NCBI GenBank assembly: GCA_011109175.1
Contig: RDEW01000043.1
Coordinates: forward strand, 404,076-468,075
Direction of reading: 5' to 3'
Source of the DNA: Dicyema japonicum
Lineage: Eukaryota > Animalia > Dicyemida
Length of the DNA stretch: 64,000 bases
Of the stretch, positions 25,265 through 37,582 are shown piece after piece. The notes beneath the pieces were generated by a model. It worked only from the letters and a program-made list of their open reading frames with translations. It was not told where the DNA came from and did no database searches. A program made the translations under genes and the position numbers. Positions within the stretch are counted from its first letter, which is position 1. Every line of letters begins with the position of its first letter.

Positions 25265-25574
25265 TAGGTTTTCATTACAACTTGAAGAATCCACGGATAT
25301 TTTTCCTAATACGAATGGTTTATTTTTTATTTTTTTTATAATAAGGATATAATGGTGAATCGATAAAGGGACTGATTAATGAACATTTAATAATTTTGGA
25401 AAACAAATTGGATGCTTATTTTCTAGACTTAGAAATTGAAAAATTCGATTGGGTTATTTTTTTAAATATTTTTTAGATACGAAATCCTTTGTTTATGTCA
25501 GAATCACAACAATTATCTGTTAAAGAAATTGTAGAACTTATTGCACTGTTTATTAAAATTAATGATGACGGAGT

Positions 25575-25995
25575 TAGACATTGGAGAATTCTGGATATAT
25601 ATTCGAAACATATATCCCAGCTCGGGGAAAATGCTTTATTTGGGATGCTGCCTGTACTGACAACTTTTCCCAGTCGAAACTTTTGAGGTCGGCAATGAAA
25701 GCGGGAGAGGCCGCCCGTTTATATGAAAACTCAAAAATAAAGAAATACAGCAGCCTCCTAAACCGTTTCCATGTACAGCCAGTGGTCGTCGAGACGAACG
25801 GAGTCTTTGGCCCCAAGACGGTCTCTTTCCTTAGAGCACTTGGGTGTCTATTGACCAAAGCCTCGAGGGAGCGTCGGGGAACCGAGTGGCTTTTCCAAAG
25901 GATATCCCTGGCAGTAGTCAGAGGTAACAGCCACTCGATCATATCCTCTGGACTCAGTAATTAACTACTCGTGATTAAGATTTTATTTTTTTTAT
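25575..25995 (+). mobile_element. CRE-like 3' fragment inside the hAT
   Basis: WDAACTD..KIKKY..VETNGVFGP..WLFQRISLAVVRGN. Confidence 0.85.
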
Positions 25996-26488
25996 TAATA
26001 AAAATTTGTGCATTAAATTACCAATTTTTGTACTTAGTTTTACACATCTTAAAATTTTATTTTTTTAATGTGTGCCGTGGATTATTTTTTTTACGATTAG
26101 TGTGCCGCGAGAATTATTTTTTGAAAAGCTCTGCCTTAAGTCAATAAGATCGACTTGACACAGTTCATTTGGATAATCTCACACGTATCCTGATTGTCTT
26201 AAAATCAAAAAAAATCGGCAAATGTCAGTTTTCACCACATTCTTATTATATTGCGTTTAATAACAAAGATTATTTCTCGGCATTAATTTTCCAAAATATT
26301 TTGTCTACAGTGTACTTCCAATGCAATTCTAGTGCTAGCAAAATCATTTGTGCCCCATTGTCTAACGTGATGATAAGTTTGTGATTATTAGATGGATCTC
26401 GTGAATACAATGATTCATCCAGTAATATAAATAGTTCAGCTTTTTTTTAACGATTCTTTGCCTTCTAAACGATCGTTGTTGCATAGAT

Positions 26489-26900
26489 CATTATTAACCT
26501 AGGATACAGCGAGAAAGAAGTTAACAGTAAGTCCATCCAGTTTCCACTGTTACAGAAACAGAGTCTTTTGAACGTCACAAAATCCATACAGAACCACCAT
26601 AAAAAGTAAAAGACGTCCAGTCAGGATCTCGGGATTAGTTAGTTTGGTTTACAGTTGGTCTTTGGAATAATTTCATTTCTTAGGCTCTCTCAATTTACGG
26701 TTATTCGATTATAGTAAGTTTAGAAAAATATTAGGGAAAAGAATACAGGAAAGAGGGAAAAGTTACTATCTAAATTAAGTGATCCCGATGTCAGTGCATC
26801 TCCCTCTGTTCTGGCTTTGTCTGGAATCTATAAGAGTGTCCAAATGGGTTTGTGTTCAAATTTACGAGCATACTCCTGTAAGCAAGAATCTCCTCTTCAA
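26489..26900 (-). repeat. 3' part of the ~300-bp retroposon (26489-26618) fused to a LINE 3' UTR copy (26618-26900)
   Basis: Matches 37290-37422 and 15855-16140 respectively. Confidence 0.75.
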
Positions 26901-27649
26901 GCCTCATTTGTTAAGAACATCATATTGGATTATATATTCTTGGAATATTATTAATATTTTGAACAGTGTGGACGACAGTGAACCATGAACCATCGTGAAA
27001 TTTTTATTAGTAACAAAAAATTAGGAGTTTCGTGGACGACAGTAAGAAGTCATGTATTTACCCCCAGTCCCGGTTTTCTTTGATCAGGCAACATTGAACC
27101 TAATTCTATACAAAAATAGCAATCAGAAGTTAACGACCATCATGGCTCACTACGCAAAGATCAGCTGCCTTCTTCAATGTAGGAGACCATTTCAAAAGAT
27201 CCCAGAACTTACCAATATCCCACGACCTCCAATTAAACAAATTGTCGCTAACTTTATAAACTCGAATGGACAATCTCCCAGCGGTCTTATTCTCATCATA
27301 CCTTTATTATTGTAGACACTGCATGTTAGTCTGGTATAAGGTCAGCAAAATTAGCTCTTCATGTCTCTTCCTTGAAGATTAGGTAGCAGAATTCTGATTT
27401 GTCTGGAACTTTTGTTGGTTTGGACCCATGCGTATCAGTTGGGTATTTTTTCAGTAGGAACGACTTTCTTGGTTAGCTAGCAGAATACTAATTTTCCTGG
27501 AACTTTTGTTGCTTTGGACCGATACAGTGAGGACTAATAGACTTCTTATTAACGGCATCTTTGTTCTCTTCCACCAAAAAGATAAGTTTTCAAGATTATT
27601 TTGAAACCGAAATCGAAAACACTACATTCAAACAGGAATTAGGAGTTAG

Positions 27650-30480
27650 TTTAAGGGGTTATTAACGAGTCCGCCTATGCGGTCTGGACACTTCCTACGG
27701 ACCCCATCTCAATTTAGCTTAGTCCAAGCGTCGAATCTGATTAATCCTCGGTTCCACAATGTACTTGACTGAGGGGAGAATCCTGTCCTCTTCTGTAATC
27801 AGGACATCATGCAGCTTTTTCCCCAAAACTAACTTTATTGCTGACCTTCTCGAATTTTCTAGAATTAACATTATTCTTTCCTTTTGTCGAAAGAAATACC
27901 ATGCTTCACATCCGTATACTAACTCTGGTAGAATAATCTTCATGAAGATAAACAAGAAGGTCTCCAAGCTAACGGACAATTTGCTTGTACAGAGAATCGC
28001 TTTTAACGCCTTCTTCTTTCTTTGTCTAATATCCTCCATGAAAGAACCTTCCCCATCGATCCCGAGGTAGCGGAATGTACTTCGGAATACCAAGTGAGTA
28101 GGGCTGCGCATGATGTCTCCGTAGGCGACCAACCCTCAAGTAGCTGGACTTCTCAGTAGAGAGTCTCATCCCTCTCTTGGAGCACAAATCCTGCACTTGA
28201 TCAATGAATAACTTGATTCTTTCTTTTGATAATGTTGACTTCCCAGACGTATCCGTAATCAGAATATCGTCTGCGTATATCATCAGTTTGGTGTTCATAT
28301 CCGGCGGAATTGGGAAGTCTGACAAAAGCACATTGACAGAAACGGGCTCAAGACAGAGTCCTGTGGAACGCCCCTCTTCAACAGAATATTTTTTGACATA
28401 TTTGCTCCAATAAGTTCTCTGGAATTCGGTCCTGTCAGGAAGTCCTTTATCCATATGAAAAGTTTCTTTTGGATGTTAGCAGCCACTAGCCTTGATAGGA
28501 GGGTTTCGTGACACACGATATCGAAAGCCTTGGACAGGTCCAAACACACCAGGTTGACTTGCCTCTTGAATTCCAGACCTCTCAGTACCATCGAATGCAC
28601 GTGGTGGATACAATCCGTGCAGGATTTCCCAGGTCTAAAGCCACATTGTTCCGCGAGGAAAAAACAGCTCTCTTCCATGTGTTCGTTGAGTCTCTTTAAG
28701 ATGATTCCCTAAGGAATCTTGAAGATAGAGAAAATTAGGCTGATTGCCTACAGTTAAGGGGGTCTTTCCCCGACTTTCCTGGTTTAAGTATCATCCTGAC
28801 AATAGAGGTTTTCCAGCGTTTTGGGATATATCCATGATCAATGCTTGCGTTGAATAAGTTCTTCATCACGAGCAGCAGATCCTCTAGGCTTCCTTGAACA
28901 ATCTCATGCTAATATGGTCATGTCCAGGGCGTAAGCTTTTCATGTTCAAATGGCAATCACAACATTTCCTGTCGTTATCTTTAAATCAATATCTTTGAGA
29001 TGGTCCGGAAAATAGGTAAAAAGTTCTTGTGAAGCTCCCAGCTCTTCCCTCGCGATCAGCTCCATTGGGTTGATTCCCTGGATACGGTCTAGTTGCTTCT
29101 TAAAGATATCTGGGACTTCTTCCGTAGAACATGATCCACCTTCTGGCTTGGTCAAAGAGATTCTCATATCATTTCTTTTTTGGCCAGTTATTCTTTTGTA
29201 GATCTTACAGAACGAGGGGTCTTTGGTGTTTACTTTCTTGCCTCGACTCTCCAACATTGTTCTTGAGTCAGTCTTGTTTCCTCTTCAATGGCTTTTTTGA
29301 TTAACTTCACTTGGCCGGTTAATGTAATCCGGTCCATCCAATCGACACATCTTCTGAGTTTGTTCTTCAGTCGGTTTCTTTCATTAATCATAGATAATGT
29401 AGAAGAAGAGAAATTGATGCTCTTCCTATGAATAGGACCAGAGAATCTCCTCCTTGTTTAAAATGATAAGTATCTCTCCATCATAATTGAAAAATCTCTG
29501 TCTATGTTGTCAATATCACTTTTAGAATAAGGTCCAGCCTTCCAGTTTTTGAGGAGCCATAACCTGTGAACACTGACTCCGTAGTATCCGGAGCCAGGTT
29601 CAGTGTCATTTCTTTAGGGATGTGGTCGCTCCTGATGTCCCACATGATCATCGGTCTCCCCACATAAATGTAGAGTAGTAGTGACAGGAGGAACACACCA
29701 AGCAAATCTCCACCGTGATGCGAGAAGTGATTTGGCTCCTCCTACATCATGATCTCAAAGCCAGTCTTATCACTCGATTTTCTTAGGCTGATTCTATCCT
29801 TGTTGGTCCCAAGGCATCCATATTTAATGTTCTTCGCATTTAGATCTCCCATTAAGACAGACATATCGCTTCCTGTGTATAATTTTTCAATTTCTGTGGA
29901 GCACCTTCTGAGGTCCTTTGAGTACATCCCTCCAACGTGTATCCAACACTCACAACAGCGCTCCTCGACGGAAACAAATTCACAATCTGTATTCATAATA
30001 ACTTTTGGCTCACGTATCTGTAGAACATCACTGTAGACAATGTGGTTCCAGTACCAGCCTCTGCACCTTCTACCCATGGTATTTCTATAGAATTATATCC
30101 CTGTAGTATTGTAGTGTTGGTCTTCTTCACCTTGGTCTCGTTGACCACCAGGATGTCAATCTTAGTGGACGACAGGAGTAGTGCCAGGTCATGACGGCTC
30201 TTCCTCAGAAATCGGGCGTTCACCAGCACTATCATCAGGTTTCTTTTCAATTTTCTTTAGGTGGCCCGGGCTCTTCATGGCCAGGTCCACCATTCTTCGT
30301 AAATCCACCCCGAGTATACCGCTTAGTTCTTTTAGTCTTGATGTTAATTCCTCCAGTTCTTTTGCGATTCTACCTGGTATCTTTCCTCTGGGTAGCCAGG
30401 CCGATTCTCGTGGATGAAGAGCTGGTTCATTCATGTTAATCGGCTCCTCCGACCTTGCCAATTATTTTTTTGGGACTGGT
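27650..30480 (-). mobile_element. Jockey/I-like LINE (ORF1 tail, APE, RT), degenerate
   Basis: VNAR..VVNETK, GDLNAK, SDH, EQCGFRPGKS, DLSKAFD, YADD and YLGI. Confidence 0.88.
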
Positions 30481-30499
30481 GGTTCCACTTTGTTGGTTA

Positions 30500-31195
30500 T
30501 TTTTATTTTTATTTAACCCAAGAACACCAATAGTTAATTTAATTGTATTAAACTAATTAGGTAATCCCGGCCGCCTCCATCAGGTCTCTCATCTTTTTCC
30601 GGTGGACCTTCCGAGATCCAACACAGCTTCTCTGAGGACGGGAGGGTTTTGAAAGAAATACAAGAGGGGTGATGTAAAGTCTTCTAGTAAGACCCAATCC
30701 ATTAGAGCATTGTAGGAAGTTGGATTTTCGGCACAGAGCGGCGAATCCCTTCCCATTTTGTCCGATAAGGTCTTCCAGAGAGGTGGGTGTGAGACTGACT
30801 GTTCTCACGAGCTTGCCGATAGTTGTAGCTGATAGGGACTGAATATCACTGATTTTCTGTTTGTTCGTCCAGGATAGGTTGATTCCCCAAGACGCACAGG
30901 CGTAGCTGATAGATGGCTCAATGAATTGTTTATGTAGTAGTTTCAATGCTGGGAAAGGGGTTCTGATGCCACCAAAAATAGATTTGATCAAACCAAGCTT
31001 TCTTGAGCAGGTTCCGGAAATATATTCGACATGAGGGGAGAAGGTCATGTGCGTGTCAAAGGCGACTCCTAAGATTTTCAATTTCTTCGTAAAAGGTATT
31101 TTAGTTTGGTTGATAAATAAATCAACGGTCATTCTTCCAAGACGTTTGTCTGAGGTAAATAGGGATGTGGAGGACTTACCTAGGGCAACCAAAGT
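30500..31195 (-). mobile_element. Ingi-like LINE 3' end
   Basis: KILGVAFD..YACASW..AAGIT*; (TAAAAA)n tail at ~30500. Confidence 0.8.
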
Positions 31196-31283
31196 CAACA
31201 AAGTCAACTTGAGTTCTTTGTTTAATTATAGTGTTAAAATGCTATTGATCAAATTATTTTAATAAAAATGTTTATGTAAAAAG

Positions 31284-34200
31284 CAGGGTTGTTAGATTTA
31301 AATCATTAGATTTTAATCAACAAAAAAATCAATAATTTAAATCATTAAAAATCATAAAAAATCATTTAAATTTTTTTAATGTCTGGACGAAAGCGTGATG
31401 CCTTGTGGGTTCACTTCGATAAACGTTTTATTCCTGGAAAGACCGGGAGTCGAGCCAGATGCCGTAATTGCGGGAAGGAGGTACAAGGTCTCGTATCTAG
31501 AATGAGACAGCATCATTTGTTATGAAAACTAATATTGATATCCCTGAAAATCTGTCGAAACCTGAAAGTGATTTGATCAGAGAATTCCTCCCAAGGACGA
31601 GGGACCAGTCTTTAATCATTTTCGTTACTACGACGACTTCATCGAAGAAAAATATGATATGCATCTCTCTAGATACATATATTCCAGTAACACTCTTTTT
31701 GCTGCTGTAGAACATCCGGAATTTGTCAAATTCGTCCAAATGCCTCTTCCTGGGTATCGTTTACCCTCTCGTCATCAAATTAATGGTCCATTGCTCGATC
31801 GTGTGTACGACCAAATACATGAAGACTGTTGGCAAAGACTCCAGGACAAGACAGTGTCTATGATGTTGAACAGGTGGAGTAACATTCATAACGAACCTGT
31901 TATTTGTGTGTCAGTTGTAACATCGGATGGAGAAAGCTATCTAATTGATACTGTGGACACTTCTGGATATAGCCACACCGCGGAGTATCTTCAATCTGTT
32001 GCTTTGGTCCAGGGGTTCTCAACCTTTTTAGATCAAGGGCCAAATCGATAATTAAGAGTATTTTTGCGGGCCGCACAAAAAAATATTTTATTTGATTAAA
32101 GAAAAAAGGCTTTATTACGTAATAAGAGAATGAATGTGAGACTTGATTTTGCTTGGCGTCTACTATTTTATCGAAACGAGGAGTAAAGTTCGAAGACGAT
32201 GTACATAAAAGTTGAATTATCAGTCAATCGATTTCGATACTTACTTTTTATTCGCGTAAGTTTACATTAAAGAGCTTCACATGGATACGTTGATCCGAAG
32301 ACTGATGCATTTTTTTGAGCATTATCGTCCAAGTTCGGATATTTCCATTGTGGAATTCGACTCCAAAAATCCAATAGTTCACTTGACTTAAATAGCGCGG
32401 TAAGTTGTAAATCTGCCTGCATTTCAATTAGCTCCAGCTGATATACATATGGAGCGGTTGCAGCATCTGTTTCCATAGGTGACGAAATATTTTCATAATA
32501 GGTAGAGCTTCTTTAAAATCATTAAAACGTGTTTCGAATTCATCGATTAAGTCACTAATAACAGAGGTATATTTTTCATATGATCCATCTTCCCTGTGGT
32601 TGGAAAGTATTGGAAAATGAATGGTAACTCTACTTGCAATTTGTATTTTGAAAAGGTGTAGTTTTTCGATAAATGCAAAAACCAGTCCGTATAATTCATG
32701 ACATAGTTTGTTCTTACCCTGCAGATCTGTGGCAATTGAAAACATTTTTGAAAGATCCAAATGTGCCTTTTCAAGGCAATCACGAAATTCACGGAATATA
32801 TCAGCTCTTTTAGTAGAACCATGAAAGTTGCGTAGCGTGAGAAATTCTTCATAAATTTTGAAGTCAGGCATGACACCTCGAATAAACACAGCCATTCGTT
32901 CTGTATCACTAATATCTTGTGAGTAGAATAGTGTACGAAAAAGTTGGATTCAGTGAGTAGCTGGCATTGAATATCGTCAGATATTCTCTCAATTCTCAGA
33001 GTAACTGTATCGTTGCTTAGCTGTAAGTTTATAACATTTTTTTAATTTCTGAAGAACAACATTTTTCAGTAAATATGAATAGCTTGCTTAAATTCTCTAT
33101 CTGAATACGGCTTCATATTTTTTGCAAGTAGATGACAAATTTTGAAAGAAGCTATTGTAGCGGATCTTGATGACATGGACTGTTTAAACAAAGTGGTTTG
33201 TAGTTTGCGATTTGATTTCATAGATAGAAATTTGATTTTTCTTGATTCACCTTGAAATGAATCATATTCTGAAGAATGTTTCATATAATACCTCTCGACA
33301 TTATATAACTTAAGACATCGTATAACAAAATGACAAATCAGGCAATGTGCTTTGCCATTTTCTTCAAAAACGAAAAATTGTTCCTCCCATTCGTGGTTAA
33401 ATGCACGATTTTCTTGAATTATTTTTCTACTTCTTTTAACACGATTCCAGGCATTACAAGCAAAATTAATTAAAATTTAATACAAAAAATATTTAATTTA
33501 AAAACAATAGTTAAAATATGTAAAAATTTTTTAACCATAAAAAGTTTATTGTACGAAACAAACAGAAAGAAAAAGCACAGTTAAAATCCGGCTGCATTAT
33601 GTAAAATATGTAATATTTTTTTTATAATTTTAAGCGGGCCGCACCAAAATCCTGGAGGGCCGCCGTTGAGAATCCCTGCTTTAGTCTCTGCAAAGTCCGT
33701 CGAGCAACGGTTTGGATGTAAAATCGGGAGTCTTGTAACGGACAATGCTGCCAACATGACTAAAATGAGGCGGATAATGATGCAAGATGACGATGAAATT
33801 ATCACATATGGTTGCTCGGCACATTATCTCAACCTTCTCTTAAAGAATGTCGAAGTAGCTGACGTTAAAGAAACCATCGTAAGAATAAATAAATACTTTC
33901 GAAACGTCCATCTTCCAGCGGCATGGTACAATTCTGCTGGAGAAAAAATACTTGTTCTTCCGATTGATGTTCGCTGGAACACTTTATCAGATTGTTTTCA
34001 ATCTTATCTGGATAATTGGTATATAATTTTGAGAATTTGTGAAAAACACAGATCGAATATTGATGCAGAGATTGCTTCTAAAGTACAAAATATTTGCCTA
34101 AAACGACGCGTCTAAGAATATTTGCGGCTGATTAAACCAATTGCTGTCGCTTTACACAAAATTCAAAATGATTCTACGACGATTAGTCATGCTGTAAAAA

Positions 34201-34832
34201 TTTGGAAAGAACTTGAACAGACTTATAGTGACTATGAATGTACGACTAATTTAGAAAAAGTGAAAACTCGAGCATTAACACCTTTCCACTTACTTGCGAA
34301 TCTAATGGACCCAACACGTTGTGGGAGATTCCTTTCAACTGCTGAGATTGACCTCGCCTTGGAGTATTGTTCCGAACATTTTGAATATGCTCTTCCGACT
34401 CTGATTAATTTCAGAGCAAAAGCTGATCCATTCAAACTGTACATGTTCGCTCCGAATTTATTGAGCAAAGTATAACCTATAGCTTGGTGGGAGTCGAACT
34501 CTCACCACCTTCTGAAGTAATTTCACTCGGCAAAAAAATTATTGGAGCAGTTGCTTTCACAGGTGGAATAACCGATTTTTTTCGACTTTTGGATTCTTAC
34601 ATTGAAATGTACGAAATAGGCTTGAAATTGAAAAGGCTGCCAAACTTGTCTTTAATTACAAGTTTTTAAATAAATAAATACGATTTCTATTGTTTTTATT
34701 TTATTTTACTTTGTTTTCGAATAAAAATCATTTAATTCAAAATAATCTGATTTAAATCAAAAAATCCTGTTTAAATCAAAAAAATCAGATTTTTTCGATT
34801 TTTTATAAAAATCATAATTTTTAACAACCCTG
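31284..34832 (+). mobile_element. hAT DNA transposon (BED zinc finger, DUF659 type), interrupted by a nested hAT
   Basis: TIRs CAGGGTTGTTA / TAACAACCCTG; TSD GTAAAAAG / ATAAAAAG; RWSN, VTDNAANM, CSAHYLNL and VRWN motifs; frame continues across the nested insert. Confidence 0.9.
32010..33678 (-). mobile_element. Nested Buster/GTF2IRD2-like hAT element
   Basis: TIRs CAGGGGTTCTCAAC / GTTGAGAATCCCTG; TSD CTTTGGTC / CTTTAGTC; QLELIEMQ..FGSTYPCE. Confidence 0.9.
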
Positions 34833-35149
34833 ATAAAAAGTTATAAATGCAACAAAGTCAATTTTTTATTTTTACCGTCAACTTTTTATTTATTAATAAT
34901 AAAAAAATTATAATAATAACACCAGAGACCACGGTTACACACTAACTAATCACGTGAATTATAAAATATTATAGCAATTTTTTAATATTGATATAATTTC
35001 AAACTGCACATGTCTTCGGTTCTTGTTGACTGTTTTTCTATAATGCCAAAAAAACAAAATTTCCAACACTAAGCGGATTTCTTCTATTGTTAATAAATAT
35101 CCTAAAGAGTTTTCATCTTCATTGGATAAAAAATTATTCTGAAAATTTT

Positions 35150-35700
35150 GCAATTCTTACGTGACCGCTAACAAGCTATATTATAATGATTCACACTCAC
35201 CTGTTATTTTTTGGCAAAATTTGAAAGTGAAAGAGAGTTATCCAAAATTGTGGACAGAAATAGCACAATTGCTACTCTATTTTCCGACATCATACTGTGT
35301 TGAATCCGGATTTAGCATTCTACATCGAATTGTAAATAAAGAACAAAATAGATTAGATGTGCCCATTAGAGAAGATATTTGTTTAAAAATAACACAAATG
35401 AAGCCAGATATTGAATCTTTGGTCAAAAAACATCAGTCACAGGGATCCCATTGGTATTTAATTCTTTTTATTATAGATTTATGCTAAGATACCAACTTAA
35501 CATCGAGTATATACATTTTTGTTTGATTATTATTATTATTAAAAACCAAAAATCACCGACAAATTTGATTATTAATAATGAATTCATTTTAAATAGTTAA
35601 CTTATTTTACTTAGAATTGTCTGTTCTAGATAAAAAAAGTTTTAAGGGGTCGATTAAATATTAGGGGGGTCGACGAGTAAAAAAAGGTTGAGAACCCCTG
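35150..35700 (+). mobile_element. Buster hAT 3' end
   Basis: FPTSYCVESGFS..PDIE..QGSH; right TIR GGTTGAGAACCCCTG. Confidence 0.85.
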
Positions 35701-35981
35701 ATCTAAACTATCAATTTCAACATTTGATCACTCATTATTACTGGATTGCCCGGCAACATCTTGTGAAGTAGAGAGATCATTTTCAATTCTTCATGAAATT
35801 TTAACGAAAGATAGAAATTTCCTGCCTGAAAATGTTAAATATTATTTAATGTTGCGTTCTAATAAATAAATTTCTTTCATCTTAGGGCAACTTTTTCTAC
35901 ATATTAGGTCAACTTTTATTTTTTTAGTTGACATTTAAGGTCAATTTTTTACATTTTAAGAGCAATTTTCCGGTTGCCCTA
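35701..35981 (+). mobile_element. hAT (TAGGG type) 3' end
   Basis: PATSCEVERSFS..KDRNFLPEN; ends GTTGCCCTA, followed by GTTATAAC. Confidence 0.75.
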
Positions 35982-37240
35982 GTTATAACATTTATCTGTT
36001 TCGGTTCCGTATTGTTGATTCGGGGACTTAGCTTTCGCCTGGCCTCCATTAGCACAGGGCGGCCTCCATACCTGGCACCGTGTTTTGTTGATACGCAGTT
36101 AACGCACTTAGGTTCGAGACCCGGGTCCGCACTGAATTTGGAGGTGTCATGCTCTCCTGCACAACGAAAGCATTTCTTCCCTCCCGTGCACTGGTATGCA
36201 AAGTGACCGACCTGCTGACAGTTGTAGCAGATCGGCAGTTTTCTTCTCATCCACTCACAGGAGATCTTGTTCGTTCCAATGTAGAAGCCACAGCGTATTA
36301 GCGATGTGGCCTCGATTTACTATTAATTGAGACTTTCGTCATTGGCACGGCCTGCGATCCTCTGGATATCTGGGTAACTTTTGTAGCTGAGGAAGCCATC
36401 CCCTAGAGGTAGTCCATGAAGTCGTCCTCCTTCACCCAGAAAGATAGGTTCCTGAGGACAATCTCAGACGATTTTGTTGAAAGTGTTTTGAATCGGTGGT
36501 TGTCCGGACCAAAGGGACAGATCTCATTCATGGCTCCATATAGGTGGTCATGTGGGTGTTGTCTCAGAAATCCAGTCAGAAAAAGCCCGATCCTCTGTGG
36601 CTCATCCTCATACATCCGTACTGGTCATAGAGGTATAGAATGTTCGCGTTCCTTATCGCTGTCATCAATTGACTGTTACCAATAGAGACGAGTTGTCTGT
36701 GGGGTTAGCTTTCATGGGTTCGTTTGCTTGTTTGGCCATTTCTGTAGAGTCGAGTTTCATAGTTTCTTTGGCAAGTTTAGCAGCTTCTGTCTAGCAGCTT
36801 CTGTTTTGTTGTCCATTGTGAAGGAATCAGCCATAGCACTTCCCGGAGGACGAGAAGAGGTGCTAGCTTTCATTGTTGCAACTTTCGTTGTCGCTCGTTT
36901 TCCTTTTCCTTTAGCAGCATTAGCATTATTTTAAAAGGCTTCTCATGGACATTATCAATCCAATGGTTCCCGACTTCAACGATATCAACCGCATTCATGA
37001 AAACAAATCTTGCACTACAGTTTACTAAATTCCATGCTAACGTCTCCCATTCCTTTATATGGCATCCTGGTCTTTATCGAAGGGCTGATGAGTAGATCGT
37101 ATTAGCACGCTTGATCCATCCATTATCGCTTCTTACTACTGTTGCAGTAACTGAGTCATAGATAGTTTTGTCAGAGATCTCTAACGTGGTTTTAACTTCA
37201 ATCGTCAGTGGTTTGTTCTGTTTTAGCAACATTACTAGGC
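35982..37240 (-). mobile_element. LINE ORF1 (gag-like, three zinc knuckles) remnant
   Basis: CYNCQQVGHFAYQC..CFRCAGEH..CVNC..H. Confidence 0.8.
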
Positions 37241-37277
37241 CCCAATTCTCAGTATTTTTAAGCCAATTTAGACGTGG

Positions 37278-37582
37278 ATTATTATTATTAATCCCGGTTC
37301 ACCGAGTAAGAAGTTGAGAGTTAACAACTAATTAAGTGTATCCAGTTTCCATTGTCACATAAACAGAGTCCTTCTATCTCATAAAAGTCCATCCAGAACC
37401 AGCATGAAAGGTAGAAGACGTCAATTCCTTATGGAAACCCCTCCAGTGGAGTTTGAGAAACCAAATGATCCTCTTTCGTGCCACCCTGTCACTGGGCGCT
37501 ATCTGAGACAGGTAGATCACATGACGTTACTATAGTAGAAAAGGAGAGAGGAGGAGCAGACGAAACAAACAGAAATCTTCAA
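37278..37582 (-). repeat. Copy of ~300-bp retroposon with (TAA)n tail
   Basis: Reverse complement of 47165-47460. Confidence 0.85.

Larger units (their letters stand above)
24393..26133 (+). mobile_element. Buster-type hAT element, internally deleted, carrying two retro-insertions
   Basis: TIRs CAGAGGTTGTCAAA / TTTGAAAAGCTCTG; perfect TSD CCTTAAGT at 24385-24392 and 26134-26141; PQCLIC..SKLKRH..H, TIGENLI, PLSENTVSRRI and FSLQLEESTD. Confidence 0.92.
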
